32,000 bases of DNA from Methanosphaera sp. WGK6 (lineage in GTDB: Archaea > Methanobacteriota > Methanobacteria > Methanobacteriales > Methanobacteriaceae): positions 153,654 through 185,653 of the forward strand of contig NZ_JRWK01000002.1 in the NCBI RefSeq assembly GCF_001729965.1, given 5' to 3'. The notes below the pieces were generated by a model. The model made no database searches. It saw only the letters and a program-made list of their open reading frames with translations, and had not been told where the DNA came from. Position 1 is the stretch's first letter. Each line of letters starts with the position of its first letter. Below, one piece after another: positions 16,741-27,535 of the stretch. The position numbers and the translations under genes were made by a program.

Positions 16741-17238
16741 TTAACTTCTTTTTATACGAGCAATATCTCCAATAGTTGCTTCTCTTAAACGTCCAATGTC
16801 TCTAAATTCTCGTTCATTAGACTCTATTTTTTCAACAATTTTAATACGTAATGTTTTTTCTAATTTATGTGCTAGTCTTTCATCAGGAATCATTTTTCCA
16901 GATTCAATATGTGCTATAACTGATTCTCGTTCATATATTTTTTCACCGAGTTTTTTCTGGGTAAGTTGTTGTTTTTCTCTAGCATCTTTAATTCTTTTCT
17001 GATAACCCTCAATTAATTCAAATTCTTCTTCTTGTATTCTTCTAGTATTTTGTTGAGGTCTTCTTCTAGAGTTATTGTTTTTTTGATTACTTTTATTTTT
17101 TCTATTTGTAGGACGTTGTGGTGTTTGTTGAACTTTACCATATTTTGAACATTCTTTACATGTAACCATTAAGGAATTATCAATTTTGGTTTTATAAGGT
17201 TGTCCTTTTATTTCGCTTCCACATATTTCACAGTTCAT
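16741..17238 (-). CDS. Archaeal multiprotein bridging factor 1 (MBF1): zinc ribbon plus XRE-type HTH
   Basis: N-terminal CEICG...CKEC zinc ribbon, basic linker, and a C-terminal HTH (LTQKKLGEKIYERESVIAHIESGKMIP). Confidence 0.85.
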   Translation of the reverse strand: MNCEICGSEIKGQPYKTKIDNSLMVTCKECSKYGKVQQTPQRPTNRKNKSNQKNNNSRRRPQQNTRRIQEEEFELIEGYQKRIKDAREKQQLTQKKLGEKIYERESVIAHIESGKMIPDERLAHKLEKTLRIKIVEKIESNEREFRDIGRLREATIGDIARIKRS

Positions 17239-17568
17239 ATTTATTCACTTAAATAAATTTTTCTATTTTGATATCTGTTTTTAATTATTTAAATAATGTT
17301 CTTGTTTTATAAGGGTGTTCTTCATTATTATTTGAATTTTTATTAATTATTTTTCTTTTTCAATATATAACGAAATAAGCATAGTGTATCAAATCAAATA
17401 ATATAATAATAATAAACTTTAAAAAAATTAATTGTAGTTATTGAAAATAAAATTAAAATATGAAAAAGTAAATTATTTGTGTTGAATAATAAAAAGAATA
17501 TATGGAATGATATAATTCAACATAATAAAATGATATTAATAAATATCTACTAAAAAGGAGGTATCTGA

Positions 17569-18792
17569 ATGGAAGAAAATGAACCAATAAATACTATTGA
17601 AGAAGAAGACGTAGAATTAACCAATATATTAGATAAACATGAAGCAATTGAACGTAATTTGACCTGGGAAGTAAGAAAATTAGAAAAAGATAAGGTATTA
17701 TTAGAAAATGAAAATTTAAGATTGGATCGTGAAGTAAAATCATTAAAAAATGAAATAAGTAGATTTAGAACGCCACCTTTAGTATTAGCAACAGTTTCAG
17801 AAATTCTAGAAAATAATCAAGCTGTTGTAAAAAGTAGTACAGGACCATCATTTTTATTAAAATATTCTGAAAAAGATAATGATAGGATAGAAATAGGTTC
17901 AAGAGTAGCATTAAATCAACAAACATTTAGTATAGTTGATATAATCACTTCTGAAAAAGATCCATTAGTATCTGGAATGGAGATAGATGAAAAACCAGAT
18001 ATTAGTTATGATAAAATAGGTGGATTAAAAGAACAAATAAGAGAAACTATAGAAACAGTGGAATTGCCTCTTAAAAATCCACAAATATTTAAGGAAGTAG
18101 GAATTACTCCTCCAAAAGGAGTGTTATTCTATGGACCTCCAGGTACAGGTAAAACATTACTTGCAAAAGCAGTTGCAAATGAAACAAATGCAACTTTTAT
18201 AAAAATAGTAGCATCAGAATTTGTTAAAAAATATATTGGAGAAGGTTCTCGTCTAGTAAGAGGTGTGTTTGAATTAGCAAAAGAGAAATCACCTGCAATA
18301 ATTTTTATTGATGAAATAGATGCAATTGCTGCTAAAAGATTACACGGTTCTACTAGTGGAGATCGTGAAGTTCAAAGAACACTTATGCAATTATTGGCAG
18401 AAATGGATGGATTTGAGTCAAGAGGAAATGTTGGTATTATTGCAGCAACGAATAGGCCAGATATTTTAGATCCTGCATTAGTTAGACCAGGACGTTTTGA
18501 TCGTATAATTGAAGTTCCAGTTCCTGATGAAGAAGGTAAACTTGAAATTCTTAAAATACATACAAAAGATATGTCTTTAGATTCTGATGTTGACTTAAAA
18601 CACATAGCTTCTGAAGCAAAAAATGCTTCTGGTGCAGATCTCAAGTCAATATGTACTGAAGCAGGTATGTTTGCAATAAGAGAAGATCATTATAGTATAT
18701 CTGCTAAAAACTTTGAAGATGCTTTAGATAAAGTAATGAATAAAAATAATAATAATGAATTATCTAAAGAAAGTAGGGTCATGTATAATTAG
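17569..18792 (+). CDS. pan: Proteasome-activating nucleotidase PAN (AAA+ ATPase)
   Basis: N-terminal coiled coil, OB region, Walker A GPPGTGKT, Walker B IIFIDEID, second region of homology [28 protein letters not shown]. Confidence 0.95.
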   Translation: MEENEPINTIEEEDVELTNILDKHEAIERNLTWEVRKLEKDKVLLENENLRLDREVKSLKNEISRFRTPPLVLATVSEILENNQAVVKSSTGPSFLLKYSEKDNDRIEIGSRVALNQQTFSIVDIITSEKDPLVSGMEIDEKPDISYDKIGGLKEQIRETIETVELPLKNPQIFKEVGITPPKGVLFYGPPGTGKTLLAKAVANETNATFIKIVASEFVKKYIGEGSRLVRGVFELAKEKSPAIIFIDEIDAIAAKRLHGSTSGDREVQRTLMQLLAEMDGFESRGNVGIIAATNRPDILDPALVRPGRFDRIIEVPVPDEEGKLEILKIHTKDMSLDSDVDLKHIASEAKNASGADLKSICTEAGMFAIREDHYSISAKNFEDALDKVMNKNNNNELSKESRVMYN

Positions 18793-18802
18793 ATAAAATT
18801 TA

Positions 18803-18811
18803 TTTTTTTTT
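18803..18811 (+). terminator. T9 run 11 nt after the pan stop codon
   Basis: Sequence ttttttttt; archaeal oligo-T termination signal. Confidence 0.4.
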
Positions 18812-18830
18812 AAAAAAATATTTGAAAAAA

Positions 18831-18892
18831 TAGCCTATGATGAACCCTATGAGCTCTGAATATGATGATGAATGATGGGCGATCTGAGGCTA
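18831..18892 (+). ncRNA. Box C/D sRNA (2'-O-methylation guide)
   Basis: Terminal stem UAGCC (18831-35) pairs with GGCUA (18888-92). C box AUGAUGA 18837-43, 12-nt guide ACCCUAUGAGCU 18844-55, D' box CUGA 18856-59, 5-nt spacer, C' box AUGAUGA 18865-71, 12-nt guide AUGAUGGGCGAU 18872-83, D box CUGA 18884-87. This is the canonical archaeal architecture and a GC-rich island in AT-rich spacer. Confidence 0.85.
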
Positions 18893-18945
18893 TTTTAATT
18901 AACCACCCATTTTTAAAGTTATTTTTAAAAAAAGTAATAAAATAA

Positions 18946-19719
18946 TTAAATAATTTCTTTTAATTCATCAATTGATCTAACAATTCTATGATTTTCTAAT
19001 TTTTTAACATGGGGTCTTGTAACAAGAACTACAGGTATATTTAATTCAAGAGCAGCATTAATTTTTTCTTCAGCTCCTCCACTTTCACCACTTTCTTTAG
19101 TTATAATTGCAGTTACATTGTATTCTTTCATGAGACTCATATTAAATTCTTTGGAGTATGTACCTTGCATCGCAATAATATTTTTTGCAGGAATTCCCGT
19201 ATTTTGGGTTTTAGTAATACTGAATGTGTTTGGAAGAACTCTAACTACTACTTGATTTGGATTAATTTCTTTAACAATTTCAGATAATGTCATAACACCT
19301 GCAAGATGCATTAATTTGTTTTCTTCATTTTTTAACAGAGTTTTAGCTTTTTTAGCACCTTCTATAAAACTAGGTACTTTATAAATTAAATTAGATTTAG
19401 GTAATATTGTTGAAGCTCGTTCATATCTAATATAATTAATTCCTGTTTTCTCACAACTTTCAATTGCTGTCTCTGTTGCAACTGCTGCAAAGGGGTGTGT
19501 TGCATCTATAAGAGTGTCAATTTTTTTTTCTTTAATTACCTTAATAAAATCTTCTTCACATAATGCTTTTGATATAACTTCAGTTGCACCTGCAGATTTA
19601 GCTATTTCTGATCCATAATCCGTAACTGTTGTTGCAAGAATGTAATTATTCTTATCCTCATTTAAAAAATTAATCACTTTCGTTGCATCAGATGTACCGG
19701 ACATTATCATATATCTCAT
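18946..19719 (-). CDS. cbiJ: Cobalt-precorrin-6A / precorrin-6x reductase (CbiJ/CobK)
   Basis: MIMSGTSDATKV... N-terminus, LIDATHPFA motif, YIRYER, C-terminal TKESGESGG. GGAGA RBS. Confidence 0.85.
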   Translation of the reverse strand: MRYMIMSGTSDATKVINFLNEDKNNYILATTVTDYGSEIAKSAGATEVISKALCEEDFIKVIKEKKIDTLIDATHPFAAVATETAIESCEKTGINYIRYERASTILPKSNLIYKVPSFIEGAKKAKTLLKNEENKLMHLAGVMTLSEIVKEINPNQVVVRVLPNTFSITKTQNTGIPAKNIIAMQGTYSKEFNMSLMKEYNVTAIITKESGESGGAEEKINAALELNIPVVLVTRPHVKKLENHRIVRSIDELKEII

Positions 19720-19952
19720 TTAATATATCTCCATTTTTTTATCCTTTTTTTAGAATATAATATGTTATATTGTATTTATCCTAAATATTTATTATCTTAT
19801 TAAATCTATGATAATTCATTTTATTTGATTTTTTATCTATTTAATTTAGTTAATAAATAATATAGTAATATGGAACAATATTTATTTAATTTGTTCAATA
19901 GAGTATATTATGGATTAAATACTATTTTTTGCAGAGTCAATAAATCATTTTA

Positions 19953-20357
19953 TTATTTTTTTAAAATATATAATGCCATTTTTTTGTAATTAACTAGTTT
20001 TATTTTATTTTGATATTTATAATTTATTTCTTCAGTAAATAATGGTTTAATTAAAATATCACAATTAAATTTTTCAGATAATTTGAAAATATCTGGTTGT
20101 AATTCTTCAGGAGGTCTTATGGAATATATTAAATCGGCATTTTCATATATCTTGGAGGTTGGTTTAGTAATATCATCTTGGATAATTGTTTCATTATATG
20201 GATTAATATCTACTAATTTAATTGTAGTTTGAGGTAATTTTTGTTTAAGAATTGTACTAGGTTCTAATATTTTACCAACTCCTACTTCAATTATTTTGTT
20301 ACTATGTCCATAGTTTTGAATTATGTATTCTGAAAAGTTTTCCCATATTTTACTCAT
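19953..20357 (-). CDS. UPF0146-family protein (small Rossmann/methyltransferase-like protein conserved in methanogens)
   Basis: IIEVGVGK glycine motif, VDINP, DDITKP, LIYSIRPPEELQ pattern as I remember it for UPF0146. AGGAGG RBS. Confidence 0.6.
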   Translation of the reverse strand: MSKIWENFSEYIIQNYGHSNKIIEVGVGKILEPSTILKQKLPQTTIKLVDINPYNETIIQDDITKPTSKIYENADLIYSIRPPEELQPDIFKLSEKFNCDILIKPLFTEEINYKYQNKIKLVNYKKMALYILKK

Positions 20358-20610
20358 ATTTATGATCCTCCTTTTTTTAGTTATTATTTAATTTTTAGTT
20401 CATGTATATAACAAGGAATTTGTTGGGTTTTTTATAGTTAATGTATGTTCTAATTTAGAAAAAAATATTTTTTTTTGATAGATTATTATTATTTAATTAT
20501 TTTGTAATTATATGCTGTTTTTTTAGTATTAAATGTATTTTATTCTATTATTATATTAATTACTTAATTATAAAAATATATAATTATATATTATTTTAAT
20601 GGGATGAGTT

Positions 20611-21048
20611 ATGATTATACGTGATTTTAGACTATCTGATTTGGATGATGTTCTGCGGATTGAATTCAATGAATTTAAAGATCCATATCCTGTTGATATT
20701 TTAGTACAACTATATAATTGTGGAGCAGGATTTTTAGTAGCTGAAGTTGCACAAAAGATAATTGGTTATATTATTTTTTGGATAAAAGATGGTTTTGGTC
20801 ATATTATTGTAATAGCTGTTGATCATAATTATCAAAGTATGCATATAGGGTCAGTACTATTGGAAAAAGCACTTTATTTGTTTAAACGAAATAATATTGG
20901 TGTGGTTAGATTAGAAGTTCGTAAATCTAATATTCGTGCAATAAAATTTTATCAAAAAAATGGTTTTATAAAAATAGCTGAAGAAGACAATTATTATGCG
21001 GATTATGAGTCAGCAATAATTATGCAGTATTCAAATCCGAACAGTTAA
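20611..21048 (+). CDS. GNAT family N-acetyltransferase (RimI-like)
   Basis: Acetyl-CoA binding region VAVDHNYQSMHIGSVLLEKA and LEVRKSNIRAIKFYQKNGF. Confidence 0.8.
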   Translation: MIIRDFRLSDLDDVLRIEFNEFKDPYPVDILVQLYNCGAGFLVAEVAQKIIGYIIFWIKDGFGHIIVIAVDHNYQSMHIGSVLLEKALYLFKRNNIGVVRLEVRKSNIRAIKFYQKNGFIKIAEEDNYYADYESAIIMQYSNPNS

Positions 21049-21466
21049 TTTACTTTTTTTTCTTAATTTACCGTTACTTTTTTTTAGTATTAACTACTAT
21101 ATATTAATATTAGAAATGGGCATTTGAAATTTTATTAAAAAATAATTTCTAATATAAATATATTTCATTTTAATTTAAAAATAATTGTATAAATAATTTT
21201 ATTTTAATAGAAGTGTATTTTATGGAACGTTAATTTAATTAAAAATATTTATTAAAGTTTTTTTTAATAATATAATTTAATTAGGTATGTAATTGATGTA
21301 ATATATTATAATTTAGAGATTAAATGTATTTTGATGTTAATTATATTCTTTTAAATTATTCAAAGTTCATTATCAATTCGTTAAATAAATCAAATAAGTA
21401 ATAATAGTTTTTAGGTGTTTTAAACCTATTATATTATTTCTATAATTAAAAATCGGGGTTTTTAAA

Positions 21467-22549
21467 GTGGTAAAGACTGCAAAATTAGCGTTGGAAGATG
21501 GTACAATTTTAGAAGGAGAAGGGTTTGGTGCTGAAACTGTTAAATCTGGAGAAATTGTATTTTCAACCGCAATGACTGGATATGTTGAATCTTTAACTGA
21601 TCCATCCTTCAAGGGTCAAATATTAATGTCAACGTATCCATTAGAAGGAAATTATGGAGTATCATCTGAATGGTATCAATCAGATGATGTTAAAGTAGAA
21701 GCATATATAGTAAGACAAGTATGTACAGAACCTTGTCATCCAAAATCTGAAAAAACATTGCCTGAATTTTTGGAAGAATTTGGAGTTCCAGGTATTAGTA
21801 ACATAGATACAAGAGCTTTAACATTAAAAATTAGAGAATTAGGTTCAATGAAAGCAGCTGTAGCTAACATTGATATTAGTGATGAAGAATTACTTAAAAT
21901 AGTTCAGGAACAAGTACCTTTAGAGGATAGAATGTTAGTTAATGAAGTTTCTGTAAAAGAACCAAAAATAATTCAGGAACGAAAAGAATATAATGTCGCT
22001 GTTTTGGATTGTGGAGTAAAAAAGAATATCTTAAACCATTTAACACGACGTAATGTGGGGGTTGTTTTAATTCCACCTACAACAAGTGTGGAAGATATTT
22101 TAGAATTAGATGTTGATGGAATACTAATTTCTAGTGGTCCAGGTAATCCTGAAAATGTAGATAAAATTCAGGATACAATTAGAAACTTATCTCAAAAAAT
22201 GCCTATTGCTGGAATTTGTTTAGGTCAACAGATAATAGCATTAAGTTTTGGAGCGAAAATATATAAAATGAAATTTGGACATAGAGGTTCAAATCAACCA
22301 GTACAAGATATCGCTACTGGAAAAGTATATATGACTTCCCAAAATCATAGTTTTTCAATTGATGAAGAATCAATAAAAGATACAGGTTTAGAAATAACTC
22401 AAATTAACTTAAATGATGGAACACCTGAAGCTTTAAAACATAAAACATTACCTATATTCAGTATTCAATATCATCCAGAAGCTGGACCAGGACCACATGA
22501 TTCTAACAGATTCTTTGATGAGTTTATAGAAGTAATTAAAAGTCATTAG
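21467..22549 (+). CDS. carA: Carbamoyl-phosphate synthase small (glutaminase) subunit
   Basis: GTG start. N-terminus [17 protein letters not shown], catalytic [16 protein letters not shown], and HPE near the C-terminus. Confidence 0.95.
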   Translation: MVKTAKLALEDGTILEGEGFGAETVKSGEIVFSTAMTGYVESLTDPSFKGQILMSTYPLEGNYGVSSEWYQSDDVKVEAYIVRQVCTEPCHPKSEKTLPEFLEEFGVPGISNIDTRALTLKIRELGSMKAAVANIDISDEELLKIVQEQVPLEDRMLVNEVSVKEPKIIQERKEYNVAVLDCGVKKNILNHLTRRNVGVVLIPPTTSVEDILELDVDGILISSGPGNPENVDKIQDTIRNLSQKMPIAGICLGQQIIALSFGAKIYKMKFGHRGSNQPVQDIATGKVYMTSQNHSFSIDEESIKDTGLEITQINLNDGTPEALKHKTLPIFSIQYHPEAGPGPHDSNRFFDEFIEVIKSH

Positions 22550-22594
22550 ATAGACTATGCCATATTCAATACATTTTTTTAGGAGTTAGTAATT

Positions 22595-25500
22595 ATGCCG
22601 AAGGATAAAGATATTAAAAAAGTATTAATAATTGGTTCAGGACCTATACAAATAGGACAAGCAGCTGAATTTGATTATTCCGGATCTCAAGCATGTAAAT
22701 CTCTAAGAGAAGAACATGTAGAAACAGTTTTAGTAAACAGTAATCCTGCTACTATTCAAACAGATATTGATTCAGCAGATAAAGTATATGTTGAACCATT
22801 AACTGCAGAAGTAGTAGCAAAAATAATTGAAAAAGAACAAGTAGATGCAATATTACCAACAATGGGTGGACAAACAGGTTTAAACATTGCTATAGATTTG
22901 GATAAAATAGGGGCACTTGATGGAATTAAAGTATTGGGTTCACCAATTGAAACTATTAACAATGTAGAAGACCGTGATTTATTTGCAGAATTTATGGATA
23001 AACTGGATGAACCTATACCAAAATGTCATGCAATAAATACCTTAGAAGAAGCTTATCAAGCCGTTGAAGATATTGGGTATCCAGTTATTGTAAGACCTGC
23101 ATTTACATTAGGTGGAACTGGTGGTGGTGTAGCAAACAACAAAAAAGAATTAGAAGAAATCGTAAATCATGGTTTAGATATGAGTTTTATCAACCAAGTA
23201 TTAATTGATGAATCAGTTCTTGGATGGGAAGAATTTGAATATGAAGTCATGAGAGATAAAAATGATTCATGCATCATAGTATGTAATATGGAAAATATAG
23301 ACCCAATGGGAATACATACTGGTGAAAGTACTGTTGTAGCTCCAACACAAACACTATCTGATGAAGATAATCAAAGATTACGTAATGCATCAATAAAAAT
23401 TATCCGAGCTTTAGGAATATGTGGTGGATGTAATATTCAATTTGCAGTACATCCAGAAACTAAGGAATACAAAGTAATTGAAGTAAATCCTAGGGTAAGT
23501 AGAAGTAGTGCATTAGCATCAAAAGCGACTGGATATTCAATTGCAAAAGTATCCTCAAAAATCGCTTTAGGAATGACATTAGATGAAATTAAAAATGATA
23601 TTACTAAAGAAACTCCTGCTTCATTTGAACCTGCAATAGATTATGTAATTGCAAAAATACCACGATGGCCTTTCGATAAATTCAAGGGAAACACTGGTGA
23701 ATTAGGTGTTCAAATGCAGTCTACTGGTGAAGTAATGGCAATAGGAAGAACTATTGAAGAAGCATTACATAAAGCTATAAGATCATTAGATATAGATCAA
23801 GAAGCATTTGAATACACAGAATACACAGATTATGATTTAGAACATGCTACTGATGAAAGAATCTTTGAATTATACTCTGCAGTAAAAGATGGAAGACCTA
23901 TTGAAGAACTTGCAGAAATAACGAAAATAAATCCATTCTTTATTAATAAAATTAAAAACATCTGTGATATGGAAGATTTGATTCAAGAAAATGGAATAGA
24001 TGTATTATCTGATGCTAAATTATTTAGAAAAATTAAACAATATGGATTTTCTGATAAACGCATAGGTCAATTAATTGATGAGGATGAAACTACTATTTTC
24101 AAAGCAAGACATGAAATTGGTTTAATACCTGAATATAAAATGGTAGATACATGTGCTGCAGAATTCGAAGCTAAAACACCATATTACTATGGAACTTATG
24201 ATTCAGCACCACAAGAAGAAAAAGATGATAAAAAGAAAATAGTTGTTTTAGGTGCAGGTCCAATAAGAATTGGTCAAGGAATAGAATTTGATTACTGTTG
24301 TGTACATGCTGCATTAGCATTAAAAGATGATGATGTTGAAACAATACTTATAAATAATAACCCCGAAACAGTAAGTACTGATTATGATATATCTGATAAA
24401 CTATACTTTGAACCTTTAACAAAAGAGGATGTATTAGCAGTATTAGAAAAAGAAAATCCTTATGGTGTAATTGTACAATTTGGAGGACAGACTTCAATTA
24501 ACTTAGCTCAAAGTATAAGTGAAGCAGGATATAAAATATTAGGTACTCCTTTTGAAAGTATTGACATGGTAGAAGATCGTGAACAATTCACAGAGGTACT
24601 TAATGAATTAGATATTCCACAAGCAGATTATGGAATAGCAAATTCACTTGATGATGCAAGAGAAGTAGCACATTCAATAGGGTTCCCAGTACTTGTAAGA
24701 CCATCATATGTTCTTGGTGGACGAGCAATGGAAATAGTATATGATGATGATGCACTAGATGACTATATGAAAGAAGCAGTAAAAGTATCTAAAGAACATC
24801 CAATTCTTGTAGATAAATTCTTAGAAGATTCTATAGAATTAGATGTGGATGCTCTTTCAGATGGTGAAGATGTGTATGTATGTGGAATAATGGAACATAT
24901 CGAAGAAGCAGGTATACATTCTGGAGATTCTGCATGTGTAATTCCACCTCAAAGTGTTCCACAAGAAATAATAACACAAGTAGAAGAATACACTAAAAAA
25001 CTCGCATTAAAACTAGGGGTCATTGGATTAATAAACATTCAATATGCAATTAAAATGGATGAAGAACCAAAATTATATATTATTGAAGCAAATCCTCGTG
25101 CAAGTCGTACAGTTCCATTTGTAAGTAAATCAATTGGAATCCCAATTGCAAAAATCGCATCTAAATTAATGTTAGGCTCTAAATTAAAAGATTTTGATTT
25201 AGTAAATTATGCTGATATAAAGCATGTATCTGTAAAAGAGTCAGTATTCCCATTCTTAAAAATACCTGATGCAGATGCAGTACTTGGTCCAGAAATGAAA
25301 TCTACTGGGGAAAGTATGGGTATAGATAAAAACTTTGGATTAGCATATTATAAAGCACAATTAGCTGCAAATATGAAATTACCAACAGAAGGTAAAATAT
25401 TTTTAAGTGTAAGAGATTTGGATAAACCTAAAATAGCACCAATAGCTAAAAAAGCTAAAGAGTTAGGTTTTGACTTGATAGCAACAAGAGGTACTGCTGA

Positions 25501-25780
25501 AGCAGCTCCTGATGTGGAAATTGATGTAATTAGAAAAGTAAGTCAAGGTTCACCAAATATTAGAGATGCAATGTTAAATGGTGAAGTTGCATTTGTAATT
25601 AATACTCCATCTGGAAAACAATCTGCAGATGATGGTTATATTATCCGAAGATTAACTATTGAATTAGGAATTCCTTATGTAACAACAATTGCTGGGGCAA
25701 ATGCAGTTCTTAAAGCAATAGAAGAAGCAGGTTCTGGAGAATTTAATGTAAAATCATTAAATGAGTATGGTGAATTATAA
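22595..25780 (+). CDS. carB: Carbamoyl-phosphate synthase large subunit
   Basis: 1061 aa with two ATP-grasp halves (VLIIGSGPIQIGQAAEFDYSG and VVLGAGPIRIGQGIEFDYC; IEVNPRVSRSSA and IEANPRASRTVPF) and a C-terminal MGS-like domain. Confidence 0.97.
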   Translation: MPKDKDIKKVLIIGSGPIQIGQAAEFDYSGSQACKSLREEHVETVLVNSNPATIQTDIDSADKVYVEPLTAEVVAKIIEKEQVDAILPTMGGQTGLNIAIDLDKIGALDGIKVLGSPIETINNVEDRDLFAEFMDKLDEPIPKCHAINTLEEAYQAVEDIGYPVIVRPAFTLGGTGGGVANNKKELEEIVNHGLDMSFINQVLIDESVLGWEEFEYEVMRDKNDSCIIVCNMENIDPMGIHTGESTVVAPTQTLSDEDNQRLRNASIKIIRALGICGGCNIQFAVHPETKEYKVIEVNPRVSRSSALASKATGYSIAKVSSKIALGMTLDEIKNDITKETPASFEPAIDYVIAKIPRWPFDKFKGNTGELGVQMQSTGEVMAIGRTIEEALHKAIRSLDIDQEAFEYTEYTDYDLEHATDERIFELYSAVKDGRPIEELAEITKINPFFINKIKNICDMEDLIQENGIDVLSDAKLFRKIKQYGFSDKRIGQLIDEDETTIFKARHEIGLIPEYKMVDTCAAEFEAKTPYYYGTYDSAPQEEKDDKKKIVVLGAGPIRIGQGIEFDYCCVHAALALKDDDVETILINNNPETVSTDYDISDKLYFEPLTKEDVLAVLEKENPYGVIVQFGGQTSINLAQSISEAGYKILGTPFESIDMVEDREQFTEVLNELDIPQADYGIANSLDDAREVAHSIGFPVLVRPSYVLGGRAMEIVYDDDALDDYMKEAVKVSKEHPILVDKFLEDSIELDVDALSDGEDVYVCGIMEHIEEAGIHSGDSACVIPPQSVPQEIITQVEEYTKKLALKLGVIGLINIQYAIKMDEEPKLYIIEANPRASRTVPFVSKSIGIPIAKIASKLMLGSKLKDFDLVNYADIKHVSVKESVFPFLKIPDADAVLGPEMKSTGESMGIDKNFGLAYYKAQLAANMKLPTEGKIFLSVRDLDKPKIAPIAKKAKELGFDLIATRGTAEAAPDVEIDVIRKVSQGSPNIRDAMLNGEVAFVINTPSGKQSADDGYIIRRLTIELGIPYVTTIAGANAVLKAIEEAGSGEFNVKSLNEYGEL

Positions 25781-25844
25781 TTTACTTCTCTTTAACCTTC
25801 TTAAATCTTTTTTTTTATAATTTATTTTATGAGATGATTTTTTC

Positions 25845-26987
25845 ATGATAACTATTAAAAATGGATTAGTTCTCACAGGAATTAATCTTGAACCCGTTCA
25901 AACAAATGTTGTAATAAATGATGATGGACGTATAATTAAATTATCACCTCACTATGAAGAAGGTGAAATAATTGATGCTACAAATTGTATTGTAATGCCT
26001 GCCTTTATAAATGCACATATTCATATAGGAGACTCTATAGTAAAAGATGTGGGAGATGGTTTATCAATAAAAGAATTGGTTGAACCACCTAATGGACTAA
26101 AACATCAAAAATTAAAAGAAGTTAATGACGATGAAATAATTGAAGCAATGCATGAATCAGCAAAAGAAATGTTATATTCAGGAATATCTACTTTTATTGA
26201 TTTTAGAGAAGGTGGTTTAAAAGGAATTGAATTATTAAAGAAAGCAACTTATGATCTTCCGATTAATGCATGTATTTTAGGTAGAAGTGATGAATATTAT
26301 AGTTCCACTATAACTCCAAATGAGGCACGATTAATCACTAGAGAATTATTACAATACTGTGATGGTATAGGTTTAAGTGGTATTAATGATATTGATCCGG
26401 AAATTATATTACAAATAGCAGAAGTATGTAATGATGAAGATAAAATAGCAATGATTCATGTTGCTGAATATTATGAACTACAAGAAAAATCAATTCAACT
26501 AACTAATCAAACAGAAGTTGAACGAGCATTACGTGCAGGTTTCACTAATTTAGTACATGTAACACATCCTATCATGCAAGACCTTGATTTAATAAATGCA
26601 TCAAGTCCATTTATTATTTCATGTCCAAGATCTAATGGAATGTTATCAGTAGGTATTCCACCAATATCTGCATATGTTGAGGATGGAATTGATGTGGCAT
26701 TAGGTACTGATAATGTAATGTTTAATAAACCCGACATGTTTAGAGAAATGGAATATGCATTAAAATCTGTAAGGGGAGCTTATAAAAATAAAATAACTGC
26801 AAAAGATATTTTAAAAATGGCTACTATAAATGGTTTTAAAATATTAGGTAAGGATATTAGTATACAAGAGAATAATATATCAGATATACTTGTTATTCGA
26901 AGAAAATCTGAAGATCCTTATTTATCCGTTGTAAATAGGTCTTCTTCTGAAGATATTGTTAATTTTATCATGGGAAATCAAATGTAA
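25845..26987 (+). CDS. Metal-dependent amidohydrolase (chlorohydrolase/aminohydrolase family); substrate unknown
   Basis: PAFINAHIHIGDS (HxH metal motif), later HVAE and GTDN motifs typical of the amidohydrolase superfamily. Confidence 0.8.
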   Translation: MITIKNGLVLTGINLEPVQTNVVINDDGRIIKLSPHYEEGEIIDATNCIVMPAFINAHIHIGDSIVKDVGDGLSIKELVEPPNGLKHQKLKEVNDDEIIEAMHESAKEMLYSGISTFIDFREGGLKGIELLKKATYDLPINACILGRSDEYYSSTITPNEARLITRELLQYCDGIGLSGINDIDPEIILQIAEVCNDEDKIAMIHVAEYYELQEKSIQLTNQTEVERALRAGFTNLVHVTHPIMQDLDLINASSPFIISCPRSNGMLSVGIPPISAYVEDGIDVALGTDNVMFNKPDMFREMEYALKSVRGAYKNKITAKDILKMATINGFKILGKDISIQENNISDILVIRRKSEDPYLSVVNRSSSEDIVNFIMGNQM

Positions 26988-27026
26988 AAAAAAGTAGACT
27001 TATATGTCTAATTATAATAACATTGT

Positions 27027-27482
27027 TTAATATTTATTTTTATTTTCATTCATTTCTTTTTTATTATTTTTTTCTAATTCTTCTCTTGTTATAAAGTGTT
27101 GTTCAAGTTGTTTACGAATTTCATTGGGAATTGTTTTACTTTCTTGTTTAATAAAATCAAAATATACAATAACTGTTGAACCATTATCTCTTAGTTGTCC
27201 ATTTTGCCATGCTTCTTGAAATACTGTGAATGAACTATTACCTATTTTGCTAATATAAGTTCTTATTTCAACATCATGTCCATAATATATTTGTTTTAAA
27301 TAATTATATTCTGCATGAACCATGATAAGATTCCATTTTTTATAAGTTAATTCAAGATCAGGTACAAATATTTTGAAAATAGGGTTTCGTGCAGTTTCAA
27401 ACCAAAGTGGAATATTATTATTATTTATATGTCGTAGTCCATCAGTTTCACCCATACGTGGTGTAATAATAGTTTTATACAT
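27027..27482 (-). CDS. Hotdog-fold acyl-CoA thioesterase (4HBT/YbgC-like)
   Basis: N-terminus ITPRMGETDGLRHINNNNIPLWFETAR resembles the 4HBT catalytic region. Length is about 150 aa. GAGGA RBS. Confidence 0.7.
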   Translation of the reverse strand: MYKTIITPRMGETDGLRHINNNNIPLWFETARNPIFKIFVPDLELTYKKWNLIMVHAEYNYLKQIYYGHDVEIRTYISKIGNSSFTVFQEAWQNGQLRDNGSTVIVYFDFIKQESKTIPNEIRKQLEQHFITREELEKNNKKEMNENKNKY

Positions 27483-27535
27483 AATTTTGTTCCTCTATTA
27501 ATTATTTTTAATTTTTTTTTAAAAAAAGAAGGTGG

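Noticed and set aside
21292-21342. Direct repeats attgatgtaat / tttgatgttaat upstream of carA
   Set aside because: They are short and degenerate and sit in a 418-bp AT-rich spacer. I cannot distinguish them from chance without comparative data.
21373-21612. 79-aa minus-strand ORF overlapping the carA start
   Set aside because: Half of it is antisense to the conserved CarA N-terminus and the rest is AT-rich spacer. No RBS.
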